Below, in pieces: positions 12,075 through 25,077 of a stretch of DNA of 64,000 bases (its first letter is position 1; every line of letters begins with the position of its first letter). Below the pieces are notes generated by a model that was not told the origin of the DNA, did not search any database, and saw only the letters and a list, made by a program, of their open reading frames with translations. This DNA is from Lama guanicoe (lineage: Eukaryota): NCBI GenBank assembly GCA_013239625.1, contig MU053557.1:3874123-3938122 (forward strand), in the 5' to 3' direction. The translations under genes and the position numbers were made by a program.

Positions 12075-13680
12075 CTACAAGATATTCAGTATCCCAGGAG
12101 GTAGCCTGGCAATAGCCACTTTTGAAAGCCCCGAAGAGTTTGTGTTGAAAACCTGCACCTTTGCTAAAAACACTGCCCATTTTTTCCTTAAGATCCACAC
12201 CCGTAATCCTTAACAGCCCAGGAGACCAGCATGTCCCTGGCTCCTTCCTGTCTCTTCAGAGTTATCACCAGCCTGTATCTCTCCAACTCTCTATGCTCTA
12301 GGCAGAGAGATCTTTTCATTACTGGAATCCACTAAGCCCTCTCACAAATCAGGACCTGTGAATTTTCTTTCTGCACCTCTGTAGATATGAACTTCCCCCT
12401 TGAAATCTATCCTCCCATCATATACAGCCTTTGTCGTTACTTGAAATTGTTTTATAGAAAACAAAAAGACTACTCTGTAACACACCCTGATACTCATTGC
12501 CTAATATCTCAATCCTCACATTTATTCATATTCATATACCTGGCAATTTAATTTTACAGAGAATTCCTGCCTCTTCCTACCTTTATCACACTTTTTTTTT
12601 TCCTGACCTGTCTTCTTTTACAGCTTTGCAAGGGCTAGTCTGGTCAACATTTGTATTCCCTTTTTCACTATGATACTTTGTCCCTTGTCCCTTACTTGTC
12701 TAAGAGCCTCCTCTCCCTTCTCCAAACACCCAGATCTCACCAACTCCTGCCACCACTCCTAAATCGGGCACTGTGCTGCAGGAGACAATCGCTTATATAA
12801 CCAGGTATTTGATGCCATGACAAATACAAAGTTTTGATTCTTTAAGAGTCAAAAGACAGTTTACCCAAACTACTGCCTTTCTTTCACAAACTCCAGAGAC
12901 AATATCTGCAAACAAAGCAGATAAGTTTTAAAAAATTGAATGGTTATTTCTTTGATTAGATAAATCTGCTGATAAAATAAAGACACTTGTTCTCTGTAAA
13001 TAAATGTATGATCATTTATCTGTGTACCCAAACTAGATCTCAATGACCAAGAAAAACCCCAAATTTTAATCTAAATCAATGAGTATTTATCTATGTCCAC
13101 TGTGAATATGGCTACATTTGAAACACTTGCTATGGTAGCTTCTAAAACTAGCAACAACTCTGTCAAAAAATAGGTAATTTCCCCACTTTGTAGCTAGGAA
13201 CACTTGAGTGTGGTAAGAACAATGGCTTACATGAAGCCATTAGAATATGGAATCAAATTCAGCATCAGATTTATCTAGTGCTTTTTAGCAGCACCTCTTA
13301 ACATCATCTATTGGTGACCAGGGGCTTCAAGAAAAATGATCATCCTGATCATGAGATATTTTTGCCAACTAGTGAATGATCAAAAATGTCCCATTGGCTA
13401 TGAGAAAAACTACTCAGGAGACAAAATGTAAAATTCATATAAAGAATGAAATAGTCTCAGTCATTTGGAAGAATGCTTTTCAATCCCTTCAGTGAACTTG
13501 TCATAAGGTTCTGAGAAAATAAATGGATCTAGCCAGAACAAAGACCAGTTTTGAGATTCAACAAGCAGTGAAAAAAACAAATCCAGAGACTTCTCTCATG
13601 GTGACATTTATCTCAAAGGAGCATTTGTACCCTTCTACCCATCCACCCCTACACTCTCAGTGAGAAGTTTCAGCTCAAGA
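12075..13680 (-). pseudogene. Partial SPINK paralog relic (signal exon about 13418-13479, micro-exon 12865-12905; no Kazal exons found)
   Basis: Collinear with about 33240-34480 (shared ttgctaaaaacactgcccattttttcct and caacaactctgtcaaaa). Signal exon has ATG->AAA, an in-frame TGA at 13435-13437 and a destroyed donor. The 41-nt micro-exon (DIVSGVCERKAVVW) keeps CAG and GT. Confidence 0.8.
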
Positions 13681-14895
13681 AGGACAAAGCTGGAGGTACC
13701 ACACACCCTGATTCTAACTACACTACAAAGTTACAGTGATCAAAATAATGAGGTACTGGCATAAAAACAGACACACAGATCAATGCATACAGAGTCCAAA
13801 ATAAACCCACACTTATATGGTTAATTAATTTACAACAAAGAAGTCAAGGTATACAATGGGGAAGGATAGTCTCTTCAATAAATGGTGTTGGGAAAACTGG
13901 ACAGCCAGTCTTGGAGATGGTCTTTTTGGATTTGACATCACAAGCAAAGGCAACAAAAGAAAAAATAAACAAGTAGGAGTACATCAAACTACAAAGCTTC
14001 TGCACAGCAAAGGAAACCATCAACAAATAAAAAAACAACTTACTGAATGGGAGAAAATAATCACAAATCATATATCTGAGAAGAGATTATCCAAACTATA
14101 CAAAGAACTCATACCACTCAAAAGCAAAAAGCCCCAACCAATCCAATTAAAAAATAAGCAGAGGATCTGAATATACATTTTTCCAAACAAGACATATAAC
14201 AGATGGCCAACAGGTACACGGAAAGGTGTTCAACATCACTAGTCATCAGGGAAATGCAAATCAAAAGCACAATGAGGTATCACCTCACATCTGTCAAATG
14301 GTTATTATCAAAAAGACAACAAGTAATAGTTGTTGGCAAGGATGTGTAGATAAGGGAACACTTGCACACTGTTGGTAGGAATGTAAATTGGAATAGCCAT
14401 TATGGAAAACAGTGTGGAGGTTCCTCAAAAAATTAAAAATAGGACTAGCATATCATCTAATTATTTTACTTTTGGGTATTTATCTGAAGAAAATGAAAAT
14501 GCTACTCTAAAAAGATATATACACCACCATGTTTCTGCAACATTATTTACAATAGCCAAAATGTGGAAACAACCTAAATATCCCTCAATGAATGGATAAA
14601 CAAAATGTGATGTGTGTAGATACACACACACACACACACACACACACATAATGGAATATTATTCAGCCATAAAAAGAATGAAATCTTGCCATTTCCAACA
14701 ACATGGATGGACCTTGAGGGCATTATGCCAAGGGAAATAAGACAGAAAAAATAAATACTGCATGATCTCACTTATACGTAAAGTATAAAACAAAACAAAA
14801 AAAACGAGCTCATGGATATGAAGAGAACATATTGGTGGCTGTCTGAGGAGAGGGGTGGGAGGTGAGTGAGATAGGTGAAAAAAGATTTTTTTTAA
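13678..14895 (+). mobile_element. L1 3' fragment with TSD
   Basis: ORF2-like GKDSLFNKWCWENW; TSD agaagtttcagctca (13663-13677) / agaagttcagctca (14896-14909). Confidence 0.9.
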
Positions 14896-16039
14896 AGAAG
14901 TTCAGCTCAGTGGCTATAAACATTTTAGAAAAAAATAATTGCATTGATTTTTAAGTCATAGAAATAGAGGTGTTAGCCAAAGGGTCCCCTGAGATAAGAA
15001 GTAGTCCAGGAATAGATATAGACATTTAGCTGCCTAGATCACAGGCTCCCCTGAGTTACTCCTAAATGGTGTTGTCTTCTCTACCGACACCGCTACTTAC
15101 TGATTAATTCTCCTCAGGAGAGCTGAAATTACAGACGTGCTAGAAAAATACAAAAGAGTGGAAGAGATCTCAATGTGATCCTTTGTTCTACATCATCTCT
15201 ATCACCACTGTCCTGAGGAGTCTCAGTCCCTAGACCCCCCCATGTGGAGATTGCCTCGTGCAGTATCAACCTGGTCACTTCCAACTAGCAGGAACCTTAT
15301 ATTTTTCAGAGCTGCTTAATGAGAGCTATTTGGGAGTGACCGACAGTCCAGGAGGGATAGAGTAAAGAGGCAGCCTTTGTACAAGAACTAGAGTCACGGC
15401 ACAGCTAATGAGAAATGAATGAACCCATCCCAGTAAAGATGACAAGAACAGGAAGACACAGGGGTGGGGAAAGAAAGAATAGGAAAAGCACTTTCTTGTC
15501 ATAGGCAAAAGGAAGGGAACAAAGATCCCTGGACAAGCAAAGACCACGAGCTAAGGCTTTGAACCATTAAGGAGCATGAATTATCTGAGACAGTAAATAT
15601 TTCCTGTGATCTGACAGAGCTTACAGAAGTGTCAGAAAATTTAGGCCAGGGCTGGTTGTACAGTTTTGATGATATTCAAAACATTTATTCTTTCTAGAGA
15701 CAATGGAAAAAATAAGGTCTTTCTGAGCATGAGTGAAGTGAATAAATTTTCGTTAATAAGCATGTTTAAATTAATGAACACTTACATAACACTATATGCA
15801 TGATGTATATTTCAGAAAAGTAAGTTCTTTCACATGACATTGAAAAAGCCCAGCTTATATTAAACAAATAAAGCTCGCAACAGAAAAATTTGTTTCTCAT
15901 AAATACAAACTTCTGGTTTAGGGCAGTAGAAAATAGCTGGAATGGGGTTCCAGAGATAACTGTAAGTCTCTTGTTCTGTTACCCCAACTGCAGTTGCTTA
16001 TTTATCTTGGATGCTTTTTAATTTTTTATTTTTCCTTTT

Positions 16040-16180
16040 TTTTTTTTTTGGCGGGGTGGGGGGCGGTAATTAGGTTTATTTATTTATTTATTTATTTTTA
16101 ATGGAGGTACTGGGGATTGAACCCAGGACCTCGTGCATGCTTAAGTATGCGCTCTACCACAGAGTTATACCCTCCCCCAA
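16040..16180 (-). mobile_element. tRNA-derived SINE (Vic-1-like)
   Basis: Same core as the 2030 copy, with a (TTTA)n tail. Confidence 0.8.
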
Positions 16181-16574
16181 CCTTGGCTACTTTCTAAAAT
16201 ACCAATACCCTGGGTCTAATGTAGAACAACTGAATCACAACCTCAGGAAGGGCGCCCAGGTGCAGGTACAATTGATTATAAAGCTTCCCAGGTGATTGTC
16301 ATTTCTATCAATTGCTTAAACTACCAGGGTTCCGGACTTTCCTTGCCTTGAAGGCTTTGACAGTTTTGTGTAGCGCTGGTCAGGTATTTTGTAGCACATC
16401 CCTCAGTTGAGATTTGTGTGATATTTTTCTCATGATTATATTGGGATTATGGATTATCTGCAAAAGCTTGTAAAAATTTCAGCTAGCTTTGCAATGCTGA
16501 CCAGATAATTCACTACCCTGGGCCTTAATTTCCTTACCTGTGAAGTAGAAATTGTCTCACAAATGCTTCTTGTA

Positions 16575-18605
16575 TTTAATTGAAGTACAGTTGATACACA
16601 ATACTATATAAGTTACAGGTGTCTGTTTTGTGATTCACAATTTTTAAAAGTTATACTCCATTTATACTTATGAAACATTGGCTATATTCTCTGTGTTGTA
16701 CAGTGTATCTTTGTAGCTTATTTTATACATAATAGTTGGTAAACCCTTCGTCCCCTACCCTGAAATTGCACCTTCCCCTTTCCTACTCCCCACTGGTAAC
16801 CACAAGTTTGTTCTCTATTGCTCTGAGTCTGTTTCTGTTCTGTTATATTCACTAGTTTGTTGCATTTTTTAAGATTCCACATATCAGTGATATCATACAG
16901 TATTTGTCTTTCTCTGACTTATTTCACTTAGCATAATGCCCTTAGAGTCTAAGTCCGTCCATGTTGCTATAAATGGCAAAATTTCATTCTTTCTATGGCT
17001 GAATAATATTCCATTATATATATAAACAGAACTGGGGGAAACAGACACTTCACACTTAAAGGAAGCACATAAAACTTCCCATGCTCCTGGACCTAGGGCA
17101 AAAGCAATAATTTGATAGGAGTCTGGGCCAGACCTACCTGCTGGTCTTGGAGCGTCTCTGGGCGAGGCAAGGGGCAGCTGGGGCTCACCCTGGGGACGTC
17201 GACACCGGCAGCAGCCATTCCTGGGAGGTCCAGTGCTGGTGGGCGCCACTGTGGAACTCTCCATTAGCTCATTAGCGCCAGAACCTGGCCCACCCAACAG
17301 CCTGGAGGCACCAGTACTGACTGGGACGCCTCAGGCCAAGCAACTATCTGGATGAGGCTACGTCCCCACCCACCAGCACACAGGAAGCCTAAAGACCTCC
17401 TGAGTCCGCCCACCGGAAGGGCCAAGACCCAGCTCCACCCACCCGTGGGCAGGCAGCAGCCCCAGAATCCCTCTGGGCCGGAAGCTGGGGAGAGCCTACA
17501 CAGTCTCACAAGCTGCAGTCCCACAGCCTGCTCACAGCAGGTCAGGCTCTGCCCTGGGACCAGCTGGGCCCCAGCCCTGCCCGTTAGCAGGTCCATACGA
17601 ACTTCTGGATGCCCAGGGCTCTATAAAGACCGGTAGTCTGACACCAGCTCTCGGATCCTGGCCCTGTGACCAGATTCCAGGACCCGGCTCTGCCTGCCAG
17701 TAGCCCAGTGCTAACCTGGGGACTTGGCTTTGAGGTGGAAAGCCCCATAAAAAGACTGGCAGGGCCACTACTCTCCTGCCAGTACTATTCCGTTCCCTGG
17801 CCCAGAGGCTCTATCTCACTTTTTGCCTCTGAAATGGCTTACTTCTAGGAAAGTGGAACATACCCTTAAAATTAAGTTGGTTCCCTGAGCTCAATCCTGA
17901 TTGGTTATTTCTCTCCCTCCTGATTGGTCCATTTCTACAAAGCTTGTTTTTAGTCAACTTTTGTTATACCCTATTTGCATATGATGTTACAAAGTGTAAA
18001 CTGGCAGCCTATAAAAGGCTGTGTAAACCTACAGACGGGGTCCAGAGCTTGGAGTGTTAACTTTCCTGAGCCTGCTGTATGTAATAAACCTGAGTTCTCA
18101 AACTCTCAGAGTGCTGCTTGGTCTCTTGCCCAGATCCAGGTTGCTATCACAACTGAGCTGTAACACTAAGCTATAACACGTTTTTCTGCAACAGCTTCAC
18201 CCACCAGTAGGTGGGCAACAGCCCCCAGAGTCCTCAGGACCCTAACTCTGCCCACCAGTGAGCCAGCACTAGCCCCCGGCCTCCTGAGGCCAATTACCTC
18301 AATTACCTCGTGACCCAGCCTGAAGAAGCAGCACCTGGCAGCCTCCGAGCAAGGCGGAGCGTAGGGCCAACCCAGCCTACCAGACAGACCGCCCACAGAA
18401 TCCTCCGCCACAGAAGGACCCTGGCAGCCTTCATGGAGAAACCCCTAGAGCATATAACATAGGTGAGGAGAGGGGAGTGCACTGCTGGAAGACACAGAAC
18501 ATCTCTCCTACAGATGGCCACTTTTCCAAAGTTGGGAAAGCTACCAGATACATAAAAATACAAACAGCAACTTAGGCAAAATGAGGAGACAGAGGAATGT
18601 TTCAT
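16575..18605. mobile_element. L1 3' end (minus, about 16575-17020) abutting an L1 5'UTR/ORF1-start-like fragment (plus, about 17020-18605)
   Basis: L1 3'UTR motifs (agattccacatatcagtgatatcatacagtatttgtct). GC-rich repetitive 5'UTR-like sequence ends in caaaatgaggagacagaggaat. Confidence 0.65.
17731..18193 (+). mobile_element. Solo ERV LTR (ERV1-like)
   Basis: TG...CA ends; 4-bp TSD GCTT (17727-17730 / 18194-18197); two ATTGG boxes; ATTTGCAT at 17973; TATAAAA at 18010; AATAAA at 18083. Confidence 0.85.
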
Positions 18606-19629
18606 AAGTGCTTTTTAGAACTGTTGTGGTTTTGTGGTCCTTCAAATAAAAAGAATGAGAAACATGTTTTCAGCCCCAAAGTGCGTTTTTTTTTTTTTCA
18701 ATCACTCCTACCCTGGCCCAAAACAAAATACAACTTTTCTGAACTTTTTCAGTCCAGTGGCTATTTCCTTTTTTTTTTTAAAATAAAATCAAAAATTTAT
18801 TTTTATTTGGGGTTATCTCTCTGCTATTGACATGTGTATTTTTTCCTTCTAAACTGTTTTTAACCCTTTTTTTAGCCTTAGTTTCCTCTACCAGTCAATC
18901 ATTCTGAATGTCTATACATCTGTCTTACATGCTTTTTCTGTCACTCTGTACTCTAAAGATCTCATCCATGATAGATGTTTCAATTACCACCTATACCAAG
19001 AATACTCATACTTTTTTTTAACTTTTTTTTTTAACTCATACATTGTTATCTGTACTCAGTGTCTTTAAACACGTATTCACTGACCTACGATGTCTGCGCT
19101 TGGCTGTCTCAAATTCAAAATGTCATTTTGAATCTTTAAATTCAGAAAGTCAAAGCTTAGATCTCCTCCTGCCCCGCTGCAGTTTGCTTCACTGACAAGG
19201 GCTATAATTCAGTGGGTGGTGCATCCACACTGCTGATTACACAAGTCAGAAACTGAATCTCCTTGATGCACTCTCTTGTCCAACTCAGCAACACTGTGCT
19301 TCTACATAGCTTTCAAATTCATGCATTTTCTCAATATTTACTATCAACCAAATGGTGTAAGATACTATGCTCTCTTACTTGGACTACTACCATGATCTCC
19401 TAAGTATTTTACCTACATCCATCCAGTCATTTTTTATCCCACTATGTAGCTCTGTGCTATAACCAGAGAAATAGATCTTATCATATCCTATCTTTCCATA
19501 AAATACTTCTAATGCATCTAAGGCTCATGGCAAATGACCTCAGTCCTTATCACAGCCTTCAAATTCTGCATGCTTTGCCTTTACTGTTTCTCCTGCACCT
19601 TGCTTCATGCAGCCCTTTTGTGCGTGTGG

Positions 19630-19750
19630 TGGGGGGTGCGGTGGTGATTAGATTTATTTGTTTGTTTTCTGAGGAGGGACTGCGGATTGAACCCAGGACC
19701 CTGTGCATGCTGAGCATGCACTCTACCACTTGAGCTATATCCTTCCCCCT
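19630..19750 (-). mobile_element. tRNA-derived SINE (Vic-1-like)
   Basis: gattgaacccaggaccctgtgcatgctgagcatgcactctaccacttgagctata core. Confidence 0.8.
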
Positions 19751-19829
19751 ATGCCTCCCTTTATTTTCTGTTCTTGGCCTCGGCATTTCTTTATTTACAT
19801 GGCATACTACTTACTAATCCTGGGCAAGG

Positions 19830-20350
19830 AAACTTACTGACTGCTGAATTCTGAAATCCATCCCAGTGGGCCCATTCATGCTAGAAGAGGACTCCTCTGA
19901 TGGTCAACTTGTCTCATGAGTTCCATGACAACTTTTCAGATCTTCCTGACACTTCAGGGTGGTCTAAGGCTCTTCCATCTCACCTCTTGTCTTTCATTCC
20001 TTCACTCTGAAGGAGTTTGTGACCTAAGACTCTGACAGCCTTCCTGTCTGTCTCCCCATTCCACCCACCCACTCCACCCCACAGGCATTCTTCTTACAAA
20101 ATCTTTGCAGTTTTCATCTATAAATTGCTTTTGTTTCTTGGAGAACTTAAAATAACACAGTATTTAATGTCTTTCTTTCTTAGGTCTGGTCTGAAGACTG
20201 AGTCAGGATGGAGCAGATAAGAAGTGTCAAGAGGTCCCCCAGCATGGAGAGGACTTGTGCAAGGACAGTGAGCAGGCGGGGACCAGTGGTTCGAGCAAAT
20301 GGAGCACAACCTCTTCCTCATGTGTAAGTTCAAATCCTTCTTATTGAGAA
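19830..20350 (+). repeat. Paralogous last-intron segment (old LTR-like), also at about 25520-26040 (+) and 62010-62420 (-)
   Basis: Shared ccattcatgcta...ggactcctct(g/a)atggtca, caaaatctttgca and ggagcaca(a/g)cctct motifs. Confidence 0.7.
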
Positions 20351-20425
20351 GCATGTTGTACATGTCCTAGGGAGTTTGTGTTCTTTTGATCATTTCTTTC
20401 TCTCTGACTCATTCTTTCTCTACAG

Positions 20426-20471
20426 GAAAAGTATAGAGAGCTTTGTTCATTATGAAGATGGCCATTCTTGA
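20426..20471 (+). pseudogene. Orphan SPINK terminal exon
   Basis: ctttctctacAG|G then KSIESFVHYEDGHS*. 46 nt, with TCT at the C6 position. Follows the shared intron segment; no upstream Kazal exon found. Confidence 0.7.
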
Positions 20472-22089
20472 TGGAGCTACGTAGTATTATGCCTTTTATC
20501 TTGACCCCATTTTGCAGTAGATTTGACTTGTGGGTTAAATTCAATAGCTCCTTCCTGTTATTGCCTACAAGTGGTGGGTTACTTTGCCGCAACTCAGGGG
20601 GCAGTGACATGGGGAACACTAGAGATTGCTCTTATTTCCCATTTGTTCTTTTTTTCTCTTTTAGTATCTCTATTGTGTTAAATACACAGCTTTCTTATCT
20701 CTGGTACAAGTTGAATCACATTATCTTTTTCTTTATGAAACTTCTAATTCATGCATCTAACATTCTCTTTACTGGCTAGTTAAGAAAAAATGAAAATCTT
20801 GTAGCCTGCTGTGTTCATAGGCAGTCTCTCCTGCTTTTAATCTCTGCTGATGAATATATGTAAGAAGAGACGGCTAATGTGTGAGACACAAAGAGCTTCA
20901 CAATAGTTTCAGTTCTAAGCTTCAGTTTACTTTTTCCTCACATGTCCTGCTCCAGAAGGAATGATCTGCCACAGGCACTTCTGATGGCATCAGTGTAAAT
21001 AATTTAAAGAGCTACTGCAAGAGTAATACTCACTCAACAATAATAATGGAGCACTTTCTGCATGCATCAGATTCTGTGTTTCTCCACTGAACTGGAATCA
21101 TATCTATGCTCAGAGTTTCCTTTCTGAATCCTACCTTTTTCACTGCTCTAAAAAGTAAGTAAGATTAGGGTGGCAAATGTAAGTCTAAACTGAATGTAAG
21201 TCTGAACGTGAATGCAGACTGTCTTAAGATTTTATCCCTAACATCTAGGAGGTGGGAGTTGCTATTCTCATGTTTAAAATAAAGAATTTTTATATTAAAA
21301 AGTCAAGGTTACTCAGTGGTAAATGAGATTTGAACTCAGGTTTTTCAACTGCCAAAACTCCTTCCAGAAGTCAGACTGTGAATATGAATTAACTGGAGAG
21401 ACAATGACTAGTTAAATCTTACCCCACTTCAAAGTCTCCAATGTCACCCACTTATCTTATTTAATGTAGAATTTAAGGCATTGACCCATGTGGTCTCAGC
21501 CTCGCTCCCATGAGTCTTCTTTTCTTTATATTTATTTTTTTCCCAGGTTTACTGAGATATAACTGACACATTGTTTAAGTTTAAGGTATGCACTTATGTA
21601 TGATTGGCTACTCATACATACTGAGAAACGATCACCACTGTAAGTTGGTCTCTCCTCTTCCTACTATTTATGTCGTGTCCTCCAGGCTGGGTTCCACAGC
21701 CAACTGACCCAATACTCATCTCGGAGCTTGTCAAACATACCGTTGCCCAGACATCATATATCAACAATTGATTCACAGTCTTGGTGTTGAGAATCAACAT
21801 TGATAGAAGGTCTTCAGCTGATGTCAATACCTGGTGGGGGATTTGTACTATAGTTTTATAAGATGTTCCCATTGGGAGAAGCTGGTTAAAATATACAGGT
21901 GAACTCTCGAGTATTTCTGACAACTGTATGTAAATCTACAATTATCTCAACATAAAAAAATTTTATATTTAAACTGTAAGGACAGTCCAAATTTACAGCA
22001 AATCTAATTGAGTATACTGTGTTCTAATGTTGTGAAATACTGAGAGGCTAGGCATGTGTTTAATTAGAGTTCACAAAACTCTGTGGGCT

Positions 22090-22448
22090 TTGATTCTCTT
22101 TTCCTTTCTAACTCAATAGCTTGGAAACTTTCCGCATCTCTTCTCTATCTTAAGATCTGTAATTTTTTGCATTACTTTCTCCCCTCCTCAAAGCTCTGGG
22201 TTCATCAGAAAAATGGTTCCAAACCTCCCACTGAGAGATGATCTATGTGAGATCTTTGTGACGCAGAACACAGAAAACCTCAGGGTCGTATCTGCTGTGG
22301 GCCATCTGGTTTACCCTGTAGGGCTCCTCACCGACAGTCCCATAAGGGAGCCGCCTCAGCTGGGGGAGGTCGCCGAGGAGGAGAGAGCAGCAAAGAAGGC
22401 AGAGCCACTGGAGCCGGAGACCTCACTCTCCAGTCTTCTCCATCTCAG
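22090..22448 (+). promoter_or_regulatory. Putative promoter and non-coding first exon of the 84-aa SPINK gene
   Basis: Donor CTCAG|GTAGGT at 22448 precedes acceptor tacAG at 22873. The region is conserved in three inverted copies near 50, 53.7 and 60 kb. Confidence 0.6.
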
Positions 22449-22883
22449 GTAGGTCAGCTGGGGACTATGGCATTAGCCCAGGTGTGTCGCACTGCTGTGA
22501 GGACTGCTCCAGATCAGTCCTTCCTGAATTAACTTACTATTTTCTGAGGAAAATCTGAAATTCCAAAGTGTGTATTTCTTTAAATGCAGCCAGGTTCCTT
22601 GTGGGCTGAGCCAGGGGCTGGGAGAGTAAACAGCTCCTTAAATGGGCAGAGGACTTACCTGGTGTTTCCTTCGAGTCTCTGTGAGGCCTTCGGTTCACAT
22701 GTATGTCTTGTTGATCCTCTGGGTCGGAAAAAAGGAAAAAGGGAACAGTCCACTGTAATTAGGAACTTAGGGGAGTGGAGCAGTTCATTTATCTGTAAGG
22801 AACTTACACTTGGAAATCAGCAGTTTGTCCTTGTGCTGTGTGTTATAAACATTCCTGTGTGTTTCTCCTACAGACTTGATAAA

Positions 22884-22947
22884 ATGTCCCTCTTATCATG
22901 GATCAAAGTTATTTTCATCATTGCCTTGGCATTTCCTCTTTATTCTG
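22884..22947 (+). CDS. Kazal-type inhibitor, sperm-associated acrosin inhibitor-like paralog, coding exon 1. CDS join(22884..22947,23980..24017,25078..25184,26519..26564), 84 aa
   Basis: MSLLSWIKVIFIIALAFPLYS signal peptide; phase-1 donor CTG|GTAAGT. Confidence 0.85.
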
Positions 22948-23979
22948 GTAAGTCAGTTTTCTAGTCTGCGTGAAATGTTTCCCATATCTTAGAAAACGCA
23001 GGAAACAACTTCTGTAATCTAGGAATGAAGGAGCTTGTTTTTTATTGGGTTTGTAGACCATAAACTGATTAAGTGAAAAAAGGGCATGTTACAAATGCCT
23101 TTTTAACATTGCATCAGAGGATGCCTTTTCCTCGTTTCCCATTTTAGACAAGTGGAGATAGAGTAGTGGGTTAGAACTTTGCTCTTTGTTCATCAATGAC
23201 TAAAGAATATTACCTGATTATTTTTTTCTTTTTGATGGTCAGATTGTTAAATGCAAACTACGAAGAGGAATGATTTTTTTCTAGGTTTGGAATTGCTTCA
23301 TATTCTGATTTTTTGATCACCCATTCTGAGTCCCCTAAGACAAGGTTTTGTCTAAGGAGAGAACACATTGACACATCTGGCAAAGTGATCTCTCTCGAAG
23401 CTCAAGGTAGACCATGAATTTCAGAATAAGGCATCTGTGGGCTATAAGACAGACGCACACATTTAGATCACAGTTCTAACTCACCAAGTACTAATTGATT
23501 CCTTCATATTTAAGTGATATGCTCTAAAGCATTGTCTTATCTGTCTAGGATGTCTCATCTATAAAAATGGGAAGAAAAACAGTGACATCTTCAAAGAAGG
23601 ATGTTAGGGGTTTTAAAAACACATACAATTCATTTTCACAGAGTTAGAATAATTGGGAATTTAAAAATATTTCCAAATTTGATATTGTTTTGTGAATGTT
23701 TTGTTTTGCTAATGACATGAAGGGCTTGCCTCATTACTGGGGGGGGGTCTTGAGTAAGCAATTTGCATAGGTTTCTGCTACTAAGAAATAGCCGTATTTC
23801 CTAAAGATGATTCTTCTACCCCCTTTCCTCCTCTTCTCCCTCCTTTCTCCCCTTCCCCTCCTCCTCCTTCCGTGTCCTCCTCCTCTCTTTCTTCTTCTTC
23901 CTCTTCTTCTCCTCCCCCTGCCCCTCCCCCATCTTCTCTGCCTTCCTTTTTAACTTTTCCATCTATGTGTTGGTTGCAG

Positions 23980-24017
23980 AAACCTCTTTTGCATCTGTAT
24001 CAGAATTCAAACTTCCG
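23980..24017 (+). CDS. 84-aa SPINK gene micro-exon
   Basis: ttgcAG|AA; (E)TSFASVSEFKLP; 38 nt, phase 1 to 0; donor CCG|GTAAGT. Confidence 0.8.
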
Positions 24018-24079
24018 GTAAGTTAATCCTGATGGACGCTGAAAAAGCTAAACCACTTTTCTATATTATATATTTTGTT

Positions 24080-24205
24080 TTGAGGGGGGAGGTAATTAGG
24101 ATTATTTATTTACTTATTTATTTTAATGGATGTACAGGGGATTGAACCCAGGACCTCATGCATGCTAAGCATGTGCTCTACCACTGAGCTATACCCTTCC
24201 CCTCT
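24080..24205 (-). mobile_element. tRNA-derived SINE (Vic-1-like)
   Basis: Same core sequence as the other copies. Confidence 0.8.
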
Positions 24206-25077
24206 ATAGTATACATTTTAATAGCAAAATTCATAAAAAATGTACAACAGAGAGGTCTTTCAAAAAACAAAAAGTGTTAGTATTACATTAAAGTCAAAAA
24301 AATAGAAACTTAGTCATGTAAAGCCATTTGTCATTATCTAGACAACATAAAAATGTGCATATCCCATTACACAAAAATTTAATGAATGGGCATAAGTGTT
24401 GTGTCATACAAGCATCTGAGACACAGTGGAGGGTGTTTACAGTAGAAGTGTTCATCTCAGCAAAACAAAAGAAAACAGAATCTATCTAAATCTACATGTA
24501 AGGGTGGATAATATAATAATTTCTATATACCCACATAGTATAATATTACATAAAGGTGAAAAGTTAAACTACAGTTCTAAATTCCTGAATAAACATAGTC
24601 ACAAAGAATTTTCAAAAGCAGATGAGGTAAACGTACACAAAGTATTGTTTATGTCAATTACCAGTACTGTCAACATTAAACAAATTGCACTTATAGCTGC
24701 ATATATGTATGCACACACACAGACTTAGTGAAATTATCAAGACAGGGAATGAGAAATAGAAAAATTCCATTTCATGATTTCTTCTTGAGTTTGGAAGGAG
24801 AAAAATCTAAACGGAAGTGAAGATGGTGGTCACTAAATTACAATAACATGTTCTGTGATCTCTTTAAAAAATTACAGCAGGTTTATAAAAACATTGGTAA
24901 AATTTTATTTTTTAAGTGGGATTTCTGTTTTATAAATTTTAGTGTTAGTGTTTAAAACTACTTATAGACTGTATTTTTCTAATCTTGATGTCTGGCCCTT
25001 CATATTAAGATTAAGCAAAATTTTACTGAAACTTTCATTCCCTGAGAAAGTTTATATTGTCTCTCTGTGTTTAACAG

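Noticed and set aside
16893..18605. Several 80-134 aa ORFs
   Set aside because: They lie within L1- and LTR-derived sequence.
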